From assembly GCA_963828465.1 (NCBI GenBank), contig CAWHEU010000018.1, positions 128,001 through 192,000 of the forward strand: DNA of 64,000 bases, in the 5' to 3' direction. The translations under genes and the position numbers were made by a program. Shown here one piece after another: positions 38,704 to 47,765 of the stretch (position 1 is the first letter of the stretch; every line of letters begins with the position of its first letter). The notes under the pieces were generated by a model, which searched no databases, was not told the origin of the DNA, and was given only the letters and a program-made list of their open reading frames with translations. Origin of the DNA: an uncultured Acidobacteriota bacterium. Its GTDB lineage: Bacteria > Actinomycetota > Acidimicrobiia > Spongiisociales > ZC4RG35.

Positions 38704-39459
38704 GTGCGCCGATACACACTCGTCACCGATTCCTATCCCGGGCACCCTGCCCTCGACGTCGCGGTCAGCCACGCCGCACTTGGCGCCGTCGCCCGTGGCG
38801 AGATCGACGGTCTGATCCGTCTCCACGTCCCGGGGCCTGTGGTGGCTTTCGGGGTCATCGATCGTGTCCAGCCCGGATACGCCCAGGCAGTCCGCGCCGC
38901 CCGCGCCAACGGGTTCGAGGCGGTCGAACGTCTCGCTGGTGGAAGGGCCGCCGTATTCCACGAGCAGACCCTTGCGTTCGCCTGGGCCACGCCGGAAGAG
39001 GAGCCGAGAGCAGGGATAACGGAGAGGTTCGAGATGGTGGCCGGGTTCATGGTGGACGCGTTCGAAAGCCTCGGGATCGACGCCCGCATCGGAGAGCTAC
39101 GCGGCGAATACTGCCCGGGGAAGTGGTCCGTCAACGTCGGTGGGCGAGTCAAAGTGATGGGCGTCGGTCAGCGTCTGGTTCGTGGCGCCGCTCACGTCGG
39201 TGGCGTGGTTGTCGTGGACGACGGGGAGCGCATCCGGGACGTCCTGATACCCGTTTACCGGGCGCTTCGGCTCGACTGGGATCCGCGCACCACCGGTGCC
39301 CTGGCCGACCGCGCCCCTGGTCTCGACAACGAGAAGGTGTCCGCTGCCATCATCGCTGCGATGTCCAAGCGATTCGAGCTCGTCACCGGGGAAATGCCCT
39401 CCTCTGTGCTGGATGAGGCGCACGGGCTCATTGCGGAACATCTCCCACAGGTCGCCTGA
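38704..39459 (+). CDS. Lipoate-protein ligase A / octanoyltransferase-like protein
   Basis: RLAGGRAAVFH, GEYCPG, KVMGVGQR. Confidence 0.82.
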   Translation: MRRYTLVTDSYPGHPALDVAVSHAALGAVARGEIDGLIRLHVPGPVVAFGVIDRVQPGYAQAVRAARANGFEAVERLAGGRAAVFHEQTLAFAWATPEEEPRAGITERFEMVAGFMVDAFESLGIDARIGELRGEYCPGKWSVNVGGRVKVMGVGQRLVRGAAHVGGVVVVDDGERIRDVLIPVYRALRLDWDPRTTGALADRAPGLDNEKVSAAIIAAMSKRFELVTGEMPSSVLDEAHGLIAEHLPQVA

Positions 39460-40547
39460 TGCGGGTCCTGGTGCTCAACGGTCCCAACCTGAACTTGCTT
39501 GGCACCCGTGAGCCGGATGTCTACGGCGACACCACGTTGGAGGACCTGGAGGGCCTCATCGAGCGCTGGGGTGCGGCCCTAGGTATCGAGATCCTGTTCT
39601 CCCAGTCGAATCATGAGGGCGAACTGGTGGATGCGATCCATCGCACCGATGGAGTCGATGGCCTGATAATCAACCCTGGTGCGTTGACCCACACCTCCCG
39701 CTCGATCGGGGATGCCATCGCATCTGTGGGTGTGCCGGCGATAGAGGTACATATCTCCAACGTCAGGCAACGGGAGCCATGGCGTGCGATCTCTCTCGTG
39801 GGGCCGAGTTGTGTCCGAACCATATTTGGCCGCGGCATTGGCGGCTATCAGGACGCTCTGCGCCATCTCCAGAACCGGGCCGCAACCCCTTTCGAGACGG
39901 TCGGTTACGGGCCGCACCCGGACAACGTCGGTGATATCCGTCGGCCTGACGGCGAGGTGGGGGGTTTGGTGATCTTGATCCACGGTGGCCTTTGGCGGCA
40001 GGAATACGAGAGAGACAGCACCGAGACGCTTGCTGTCGATCTCACGGACCGCGGCTATTTGACCTGGAACATCGAATACCGGCGGGGGCAGCAGGGTCAC
40101 TGGCCCGCCCCCGCTCACGACGTTGTGTCAGCGATGGACTTCATCACCAGGGAGATGCCCGGAATGCCGACCGGGATCGTGGGTCACTCGGCCGGAGGTC
40201 ATCTCGGGCTTTGGGCAGCCGTCCGCCGGGCCGACGACATCAGTCTGTTCGTGGGTCTCGCCCCGATCACAGACCTGGCCGCCATGGCGGAGGCCGGAGC
40301 TGTCGGATCCCGGGACGCCCAAAGCTTGCTCGACTCCGGTGCGCCACCCGCTGTTGACCCGATCGACGGAAGGACGCTCCTCGTCCACGGCGAGGAGGAC
40401 GAGATCGTCCCCGTGTCACACTCCACCCGTCTGTCCACAGGATCCCGCGTCGAAGTCGTCCCGGGAATGGGTCATTTCCCCATGCTCGACCCCGAGAGAG
40501 AGCATTGGCCACTCGTAGTGGCCGAGTTGGGGAAATCCCTCGTCTGA
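39459..40547 (+). CDS. aroQ: Type II 3-dehydroquinate dehydratase fused to an alpha/beta hydrolase
   Basis: LNGPNLNLLGTREPDVYG, QSNHEG, INPGALTH, EVHISN; then IHGGLW, NIEYRR, GHSAGG, HGEEDEIVP, GHF. Confidence 0.9.
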   Translation: MRVLVLNGPNLNLLGTREPDVYGDTTLEDLEGLIERWGAALGIEILFSQSNHEGELVDAIHRTDGVDGLIINPGALTHTSRSIGDAIASVGVPAIEVHISNVRQREPWRAISLVGPSCVRTIFGRGIGGYQDALRHLQNRAATPFETVGYGPHPDNVGDIRRPDGEVGGLVILIHGGLWRQEYERDSTETLAVDLTDRGYLTWNIEYRRGQQGHWPAPAHDVVSAMDFITREMPGMPTGIVGHSAGGHLGLWAAVRRADDISLFVGLAPITDLAAMAEAGAVGSRDAQSLLDSGAPPAVDPIDGRTLLVHGEEDEIVPVSHSTRLSTGSRVEVVPGMGHFPMLDPEREHWPLVVAELGKSLV

Positions 40548-40655
40548 GTCGATTCCGAGTTGCCGCGGTTATCCACAGGTCGGTAGGGTCTGGGCCGGGC
40601 TGTGGTGGTTCTGCGCACCGCGCAGGCCCTCGATCCACAGCGGAGTCAACTTCAT

Positions 40656-41243
40656 ATGCGTTTGAGACGCCTCTCGTTTATTGCTGGATGGGCGGCAGTC
40701 GCACTGCTGGCCGTGGCCGGTTTTGCGGCGTTTGGTACTTCGGGCAGTACTCAGGCCGAACTCGAATTCGACGCGACCGAACCAGGTCTTGGCCACACCA
40801 CCGGCGCTCAAGCGGGGTTCAACTTCGCGGTCCTCGCCGGACAGAGCACGGCTGCTGACGGCGATGCCGCCACCGCGACCACTGTCGCGACCGAGCAGGC
40901 GATGGCCACCACTGAGCAGTCCTCAGAGACAATCGCCCCGGACGAGTCGGGGTGGCTGTCCCAGGTCCAGGTTCGCGCCCTTGTCGCCGAGTACTTCGCC
41001 GCCGAGGATGTGAACAAGGCGGTCCGTGTCGCCTGGTGCGAATCGCGTTTCAACCCGGCTTCGACCAATTTGCGCACGGGGGCAGTGGGGCTTTTCCAGC
41101 ATCTCCCTAAGTACTGGGCGGAGAGGGCGGGGAACGCCGGGTTCCCCGATGCCGACCCCTCCGATCCTGAGGCCTCGACCGCCGCCGCGGCATGGGCGGT
41201 CTACAACGAGGGTGGTTGGGACACGTTCGTGTGCCGCGGATGA
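40656..41243 (+). CDS. Secreted SLT-type lytic transglycosylase domain protein
   Basis: Signal peptide, Ala/Thr linker, AWCESRFNP, AVGLFQH, GGW. Confidence 0.78.
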   Translation: MRLRRLSFIAGWAAVALLAVAGFAAFGTSGSTQAELEFDATEPGLGHTTGAQAGFNFAVLAGQSTAADGDAATATTVATEQAMATTEQSSETIAPDESGWLSQVQVRALVAEYFAAEDVNKAVRVAWCESRFNPASTNLRTGAVGLFQHLPKYWAERAGNAGFPDADPSDPEASTAAAAWAVYNEGGWDTFVCRG

Positions 41244-41658
41244 GAGTGACCCGGCGAGGGCCGAGCTGATCAGCCAAAACGTCCTTGGCGGCGATCTTGA
41301 CCCATGCGGCACGGACCCGCTCACAGGCTTCTACCGGGACGGTGATTGCACCACAGGCGTGGAAGACGTCGGAAGTCACACGGTCTGCGCGGTCGTCACC
41401 GAAGAATTTCTCGATCACCAGCGTCAGATCGGCAACGACCTGACCACTCCGATGCCCGAGTATCGATTCCCGGGTCTCGTTCCCGGAGACAGGTGGTGTG
41501 TGACCGCAACGAATTGGTTGAGGGCGCATTTCGATGGGATGGCGGCGCCCGTCGTGCTTGCCTCGACCCATGAGCGAGCGCTGGAGATCATCCCGCTCGA
41601 AGTACTACAGGAATACGCCGTGGATGTTCCTCCCGACCCTGGTGCCCTGGGGATCTGA
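41240..41658 (+). CDS. DUF2237 family protein (start out of frame by an apparent 2-nt insertion)
   Basis: NVLGGDLDPC, PLTGFYRDG, GSHTVCA, GNDLTTP, GDRWC, STHERAL. Confidence 0.85.
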
Positions 41659-41708
41659 GCCAGCAACCGACCTGGGTGGAGCTTCCGTGACCCGGTACGA
41701 TTTGAGCC

Positions 41709-42935
41709 GTGAAGCGGCGGTTCATTGCACTCCTCGTCACCTCTTTGGTGATGGTCGCTTGCGCCCAAACTCCGCCCGACCGCGGCGCCCTGCCTGATGT
41801 CGGCGAGGCCGTCGACCCACCCGCCCAATGCACGTTCCTGGTCGGGGAGCCACAGGGCGTGTTGGTGCAGGAGGTCACTCCCGATTCGGCAGCCGACGGG
41901 CTTCTGATCGTCGGTGATGTGATCGTGTCCTTCGACAATCAGCCAACCCTCGATTCCGAGTCCTTGCTCGCCGCCCTGGGCGAGAAAGAGGTGGGGGACG
42001 TCGTCGAGGTCTCTGTCATGAGAGGGGATGAGGAAACAGAGCAAACGCTGACCCTGGGCGATGCCTCCGGGGAGCCGAGGATCGGGGTCATGATCAGGAC
42101 CCAGTACCAGGCCGTCGAGGCGGCTGACATCGACACCGAAGTGGAGCCTGGGGCCCTGACACGCCCCATTGCCATCTCCGGCCTCATCTACCTGTTCAAC
42201 GCCGGCAGCAATGTATGGGAGCGCACCGAAGTCGAGGTGGCCGAGGAGATCAATTGGGTGGCGACCACCGCCGGCATCTACGGGATCCAGGACGAGGTCA
42301 TCACCGACCTGGTCGCGGGCGAGGAGATCACCCATGACGGGTTCGAGGGCTGGGAGCCGATCCGGGTCATCGGGTCCGTCGGCGAGGACTTGATCCTGGT
42401 CGTCACCCAGGAGGTCCCCGACGAACCAGAGCGAGTGGCTGTCGGCGTGTCACGGTTCAGCCCGTTCACGTCTGAGACCACCTGGGCTCAGCCGGTCGTG
42501 GAAGGATTCGGCATCCCCATCTCAGCGTTGGGATCACCTGATGGCAATGCAATCGCTGTTGTCGGTGTCAACGAGGGGGGCTCGGAGATAACGGGGATCG
42601 ACATTTGGGATGGTGATGGGACCCCCGGTGGCGTGGAGGATCTGATCGCGCTCGGGACACCGGTCGGTTGGATGGACGACAAATCCTTGCTGTTCAGGAC
42701 CGACGTCGAGGTCGCTTCCGTGCTCACCGTGCCCGGCGGCGCCACCGAGGAGATCACCCTGGAGCCTGCCATCGGAGGCCTTCCGCTGTTCCCCGTGGGT
42801 GACGGCCGGGGCGTACTTGCCCTCGACAGCCAATCCCTCGTCTTGGACGACGTGACTCTGGTCGGGGACCTGCAGGTTCTGGCCGAGAATTGCGATTTCA
42901 GTCGGGTCGGCGAGCCAGGCTGGAGCGTCGCCTAG
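41709..42935 (+). CDS. PDZ-domain lipoprotein
   Basis: Lipobox MVAC, GVLVQEVTPDSAA..LIVGDVIVSFD PDZ signature, acidic beta-rich C-terminus. Confidence 0.78.
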   Translation: MKRRFIALLVTSLVMVACAQTPPDRGALPDVGEAVDPPAQCTFLVGEPQGVLVQEVTPDSAADGLLIVGDVIVSFDNQPTLDSESLLAALGEKEVGDVVEVSVMRGDEETEQTLTLGDASGEPRIGVMIRTQYQAVEAADIDTEVEPGALTRPIAISGLIYLFNAGSNVWERTEVEVAEEINWVATTAGIYGIQDEVITDLVAGEEITHDGFEGWEPIRVIGSVGEDLILVVTQEVPDEPERVAVGVSRFSPFTSETTWAQPVVEGFGIPISALGSPDGNAIAVVGVNEGGSEITGIDIWDGDGTPGGVEDLIALGTPVGWMDDKSLLFRTDVEVASVLTVPGGATEEITLEPAIGGLPLFPVGDGRGVLALDSQSLVLDDVTLVGDLQVLAENCDFSRVGEPGWSVA

Positions 42936-45247
42936 CTCTTCTCCCCTTCGATCGTCTGTGGGTTGTTGCTCGTCGACGCCACTTCGCGTCCGGAACGCTC
43001 CAGGGCGACACGCTGTCGCTCTCCGGCCACCTCGTCAGACACCGCCTGCCATCCAGTCGGCTCGCGCATGGCCTGTGAGCCCGGCGCACTCTCCATGATC
43101 TCGGCCACCTCATCGCCGGAGATCGTCTTCTTCTCCTCGAGGACGGCTGCCAGTTCGAGAATCTTGTCCTGATTCGCCTCGAGCAGTTCGTTCACCCGCT
43201 CGTACAGGATCTCGAGGCTGGCTTCGATCTCGGCGCGCTGCTCACGGAGTGCGATCGACACCGGGCTCGCCTGCCCACCCATTCCCGACTCGCGGGTATT
43301 CATCGCCGAGGCGAGACCCGAGCCCATGCCAAAAGACCCTTCCATCAGGGCGGCCACGGTCGAGGCAGAAGAAAGGTCCCCGGAGACCCCCGAGCTGTTG
43401 TCGCCGGCGAAGAACAGACGCTCACCTGCGAGAGAGGCCAGTGACACCATGATGTCGGTCTCCATCTCGGAGCGCCATTGGGTGAACCTCTCCTCCTGGC
43501 CCATCGACTTGACCATGCCCAGCGTGGAGGCTCTCTTCTCGATCGACACCATGTCGATCCGACGATGGGCGCCCAGAAGATGGGCGGTCACGGCGTGGCA
43601 GGCCTCGTGGATGGCGACGGCATGGCGTTCCCGCTGGATGTAGTCGACGTCCTCTGGTGGTCCGAGCTCTTTGAGAGACTTGGCCTTCCAGATGTCCTTC
43701 CACTCGATGGCCTCGCGGTCGTCCCTGACGGCGATGATGAGGGCCTCGTTGACCATGTCCTTGATCTTGGCTCCGGAGTACATCGGGGTCACGACGGCGA
43801 GACGTTCGATGTCATCCTCGGTGAGGTGATGCTCCACCTTGTTGAGGTATCCGACGATGGTCTGCTTGCGCCCCTCCTTGGAGGGATATCCCATCTTGTA
43901 GATCCGGTCGATGCGGCCGGGGCGAAGCATCGCCTCATCGAGGGCGTTTGGCATGTTGGTCGCCATGATGTGGAGGAGGCGGTACTTGGGAGGTGGCTTT
44001 GCCCGGAACCCGAGCAGCTTGCGAAACTTGTTGGTGATTCCGCGTGGCTTGGCCAGTCCGTTCATCTCGGTGAGCAGAGCCTGAAGGACACCCATGCCTC
44101 CGCCACCCCCCATCCCACCCATGATGATGCGGTCGATGAACCCGGGGTTTGGCTCTTCGACGGCGCGAGCCTCCTCGCCGGCCCAGTGGTTGGTCAGCAT
44201 GTCCTGAGTTTGCGGGGTCAAATAGTTGAACCCATTGCAAGAGAAGCCCCCGTAGGACATCGCCGCCGCTCCGAGCTGGCCAGTCGGTGACCCCATCTGC
44301 CCTCTCGACCCCAGCGAGTCCGCCTCGTCGAAGAAAACGATGACCCCGCCATGACGAAGACTGAGCTTGCGCAGCTTGCGGTAGAGACCCTTGACCTTGA
44401 GCAGTCCGATGCCCATGAACATGTTGACGAAGGCACCGGGCTCGACGAAGACATATGGCCGCCCTGTTTCCCCGGCTACTGCCTGAGCAAGCAGGGTCTT
44501 TCCCGTTCCCGGAGGGCCCCAGAGGAGGATCCCACCGGGTATGTAGCCACCCTTTTCCTCGATCTCGTCAGGTTTCTCCAGAAAGGCGATGTTCTCCCGG
44601 ATCAGATCGAGGACGTGGTCCTGGCCCCACACGTCGTCGAAGCGTGTGGTGACCTCTTCGGGGAGGATCACGTCGGTACCACCCCGGGACAGCAACCAGA
44701 AGATCCCGATGAACTGGATGGCGACGAAGAGGAAGCCAAACGAGAGCTGGAGAATGAAGGGGAAGGCCTGGGCAAAGAGACGCGGTGCCGCGGCCAGCGC
44801 TTCCAACGGCCCGTTGACCTCGGCGACGAAATAGTCGATGAGCAAGGCGGCCACGAAGATGTAGATCACCCTGCGGATGAAGCGACCCACCCGGAACCTG
44901 GTCCACGGTTTCATGTGGGCGTGGGTCCAACGCTCGATGCCCCCGAAGAAGCTGTCCTGCCAGAACGAGTTGTACGCCGCTGACCTTTCGGACAGCCAGT
45001 AATGGATCTGTCGGGTCAGCTCGAGCAGGAAAAGGATTCCCAGCGCCATCCCTGCCGTGGACGTGAAGAAAACGGCGGCGGCCTCCCAGAAGCTGATGAA
45101 TCCGACATCCTCGCTACTGGCGATGATGGCGCCGATGATGACGGCGAGGAGCACGAGGATCTTGATCCGGTCCCACGTGTCGGCCCGGCGCCTGGTGGCG
45201 CGTATGTCCCGCTGCCTGGTGTTCAAGCCCTCTTGTTTACGAGCCAT
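42932..45247 (-). CDS. FtsH-like membrane AAA+ ATPase with peptidase M41 domain
   Basis: N-terminal TM helices, GPPGTGKT, VFFDEAD, ATN...LDEAMLRPGRIDR, AIHEACH, SSGVSGDL. Confidence 0.88.
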   Translation of the reverse strand: MARKQEGLNTRQRDIRATRRRADTWDRIKILVLLAVIIGAIIASSEDVGFISFWEAAAVFFTSTAGMALGILFLLELTRQIHYWLSERSAAYNSFWQDSFFGGIERWTHAHMKPWTRFRVGRFIRRVIYIFVAALLIDYFVAEVNGPLEALAAAPRLFAQAFPFILQLSFGFLFVAIQFIGIFWLLSRGGTDVILPEEVTTRFDDVWGQDHVLDLIRENIAFLEKPDEIEEKGGYIPGGILLWGPPGTGKTLLAQAVAGETGRPYVFVEPGAFVNMFMGIGLLKVKGLYRKLRKLSLRHGGVIVFFDEADSLGSRGQMGSPTGQLGAAAMSYGGFSCNGFNYLTPQTQDMLTNHWAGEEARAVEEPNPGFIDRIIMGGMGGGGGMGVLQALLTEMNGLAKPRGITNKFRKLLGFRAKPPPKYRLLHIMATNMPNALDEAMLRPGRIDRIYKMGYPSKEGRKQTIVGYLNKVEHHLTEDDIERLAVVTPMYSGAKIKDMVNEALIIAVRDDREAIEWKDIWKAKSLKELGPPEDVDYIQRERHAVAIHEACHAVTAHLLGAHRRIDMVSIEKRASTLGMVKSMGQEERFTQWRSEMETDIMVSLASLAGERLFFAGDNSSGVSGDLSSASTVAALMEGSFGMGSGLASAMNTRESGMGGQASPVSIALREQRAEIEASLEILYERVNELLEANQDKILELAAVLEEKKTISGDEVAEIMESAPGSQAMREPTGWQAVSDEVAGERQRVALERSGREVASTSNNPQTIEGEKS

Positions 45248-45885
45248 GAATCGACCACTCCCTCGATCGCGTCTTGATTGGCGATGAAACATTCACGATT
45301 GCACCCGGCGATCATCGAATACATGCGGGTGTCGTCCTCATTGGACACGGAGATCAGATAGGCCACTCCCTGGGCGGTCGCCGCCTCGTCCTGGAAAGCG
45401 ACAAGCACTCTGACCCCGTCGAACCCGTTGCCGAAGCTGAAGTCCTCTTTGGTGATCTCCTCGCTGTTGGAGAGCCCGTAATACGGAAGGACGGACTGGG
45501 TCAGCATTGCACGGGAGAGGAGGTCTTTCTCGACCTCGCCGACCTGCCGCACGGACATCGATCCAATCGGGTATTCGGCCTCGGCGAGGTCTTTCGCCAC
45601 ATTGGAGACGTCGCGTACCGGGCCACCGTCGAATCCGACGCTGCTGATTGCAGGAAAACTGAAGCCCTGGACCTGCTCGTCGAAGGGCATGTCCTCCAGC
45701 TCGGAGAGCTCGGAGTGCTCGTAGACATGCCATGACTCCGGCAGATCGAACCGGCTCAAGCGCTCATCGTCGGTGAAGGTGACCACACCATCCGACTCCC
45801 CACCGGAACACGCCGCGAGCAGGAAGAAGAAGCTCGCCGCGATCATCAACCCGAGACGGGAGGTAGCGATCCTTCTGATGGCCAC
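45223..45885 (-). CDS. Hypothetical lipoprotein
   Basis: Lipobox LAAC; overlaps the start of the FtsH-like gene. Confidence 0.75.
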   Translation of the reverse strand: MAIRRIATSRLGLMIAASFFFLLAACSGGESDGVVTFTDDERLSRFDLPESWHVYEHSELSELEDMPFDEQVQGFSFPAISSVGFDGGPVRDVSNVAKDLAEAEYPIGSMSVRQVGEVEKDLLSRAMLTQSVLPYYGLSNSEEITKEDFSFGNGFDGVRVLVAFQDEAATAQGVAYLISVSNEDDTRMYSMIAGCNRECFIANQDAIEGVVDSWLVNKRA

Positions 45886-45950
45886 CAGCCTAGAGCCAGT
45901 GCCGAGTTTGTTGGCCAGAACCGGGATGTTTGCCGCTATCTTCCCCAGCC

Positions 45951-46856
45951 GTGAACCCCGTCACGAGACATCTGGTCCTCCGTGCTGAGGATGCCCGTTA
46001 CGACGTGCCATCGGAGATGGCGGATCACGTTTCCGGGTATGCCCGATGGTCGATGGTCGACCACACCACCCCCGGAGCCGTGCACACCGGATTCGGGGTG
46101 AGCAGGCTCAACGCCGGCGGGATGGTCGATGCACATGTCCACTCGTTCGAGGAGTCGTTCTACGTGCTGGATGGCTCGGTCATCGTCGAGACCCCTGAAG
46201 CAACGGTCGAGCTGGTGCCTGGTGACTACGGGATGGTCCCGATCGGCCTGCCCCATGCCTGGCGAAACGAATCAGGTCAGGATGCGAGCTGGGCCGACCT
46301 GATGACACCTCAACCCCGCCCGTGGTTCGACGGCGACACCTACTTCGTTCCCGGGCCGCCCGAACAAAAGCCGATACCGGTCGATCCCCGTGACCCGAGG
46401 ACCCGTTCCTTCGGGCACATCGCGCCGGAGAACATGGATCCGGGCAGGCAGAGCCAGGACCTCTTGGCGGTGTCGGCCAGCATGCGTACGGCCCTGCTCG
46501 TCTACACCGGCATCACGGTCAAGATGATGTCCGACACCGACCTTGGCGCCCAACTGTCCACGATGTTCATGGTCCAGTACGACCCTCGGGGTGGTCCCGG
46601 ATTCCACGACCATCCACTCGAGGAGACCTACTTCATCCTCGATGGCGAGGTCGAGGCATGGTTCGATGGCGAGCAGTATCTGCTGAAGGCCGGCGACGTC
46701 GCCTTCGCCGGGGTGGGAGCGGTTCATGCTTTCAACAACGCCACCGAGACCACGGTGCGCTGGCTGGAGACACAAGCGCCGGGCCCTCCGGCACGACATT
46801 CCTACCGCTTCGCCCGGGACTGGGACTATTTGACCGAGCGTCTCGGCGAGGGTTGA
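45951..46856 (+). CDS. Bicupin protein
   Basis: Two cupin motifs HVHSFEESFYVLDG...PHAW and HDHPLEETYFILDG...VHAF. Confidence 0.85.
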   Translation: MNPVTRHLVLRAEDARYDVPSEMADHVSGYARWSMVDHTTPGAVHTGFGVSRLNAGGMVDAHVHSFEESFYVLDGSVIVETPEATVELVPGDYGMVPIGLPHAWRNESGQDASWADLMTPQPRPWFDGDTYFVPGPPEQKPIPVDPRDPRTRSFGHIAPENMDPGRQSQDLLAVSASMRTALLVYTGITVKMMSDTDLGAQLSTMFMVQYDPRGGPGFHDHPLEETYFILDGEVEAWFDGEQYLLKAGDVAFAGVGAVHAFNNATETTVRWLETQAPGPPARHSYRFARDWDYLTERLGEG

Positions 46857-46858
46857 GC

Positions 46859-47765
46859 TCAGTCCTGCGTCAACGAGAGCCGGTCATAGGCGATGCCTCG
46901 CCCGAGCTCCTCGGCCCGACAGGTCAGGTAATCGGGTTCGTGGAGCTCCCGAGCCCCAACCTGGACCCGGTAATCGATCCCCTCAGGCACGCGAAAGACC
47001 ACCTCGGCTTGATCGTGGCTGGAACGTCGATATTCGACGATCGTGAGATCGTCGAGTCCGGTCAAGCCCATGGACTCGCGTAGGAAGTGCTCGGCAGCCT
47101 GTAGTAGCCGGGGATGGATGCTCCTACCGCGGTGATGAGAGAGGTCGAGCCTCCCCGCCTCGTACTCTGCGACGACATACGCCGCATCCTCTGGCCCGAC
47201 ACGACCGAAGTAGTCACCTCGTGGGAGCACGAGGACATTCCCGGCGAAGCGGTCTCCTCCTATGTGGGAGACCTCCCACGTCTGATCCGGGCGGAGCTGT
47301 GACATAGCTCGATAGAGGGGCCGTCCGTTGTCGGCGCAACATATGTCATGTCGGCCGTGCGTGCAGACGAGATAGACCGGATCCTCGACCGGCTCGCCGA
47401 ATTCGGACATCCTGCCCTCGGCCAGACCTGCGATGTCGAGACCGGCGACCTCGGCCGGATCTGAGAACGAGCCTGCAACCAGCGAGGGCTGGCGATCGAG
47501 CGCCGCCGGAGCTCGCCAGGTAGATGACGGGTGGCCGATCCTCACCATTCCGTCTCCGTATGAGCAAGGTCCTGATCCCGAGTCGGTTCGCGGCTTCGGT
47601 CAGCGGCCTGGCACTCTCCGGGAACCCGCTTTCGGTGAGGGCGTCGGGGCCCCACGCTCCCGGCTGCTCGAACAGGATCCAGGCATTGACCAGCGAGGCG
47701 GTCGCGAACAATTCCTCCTCACGCCCCAAGGACTCGCCGGAGCAACGAGGGCGCCCCGGGATCAC
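46859..47765 (-). CDS. Sucrase/ferredoxin-like (Apd1/Aim32-type) [2Fe-2S] protein, one frameshift near 47500
   Basis: N-part WILFEQPGAWG (ORF 47346-47765); C-part LVCTHGRHDICC, WEVSHIGGDRFAGN, YFGR, HRGRS, terminal LTC (ORF 46859-47548); GTGA overlap with the JmjC gene. Confidence 0.82.

Noticed and set aside
45951-46856. Bicupin gene as part of the peptide/JmjC/ferredoxin system
   Set aside because: Opposite strand and convergent; no sequence evidence of co-regulation. The upstream ACT gene (49248-49610) is same-strand but about 70 nt away and not coupled, so it was also left out.
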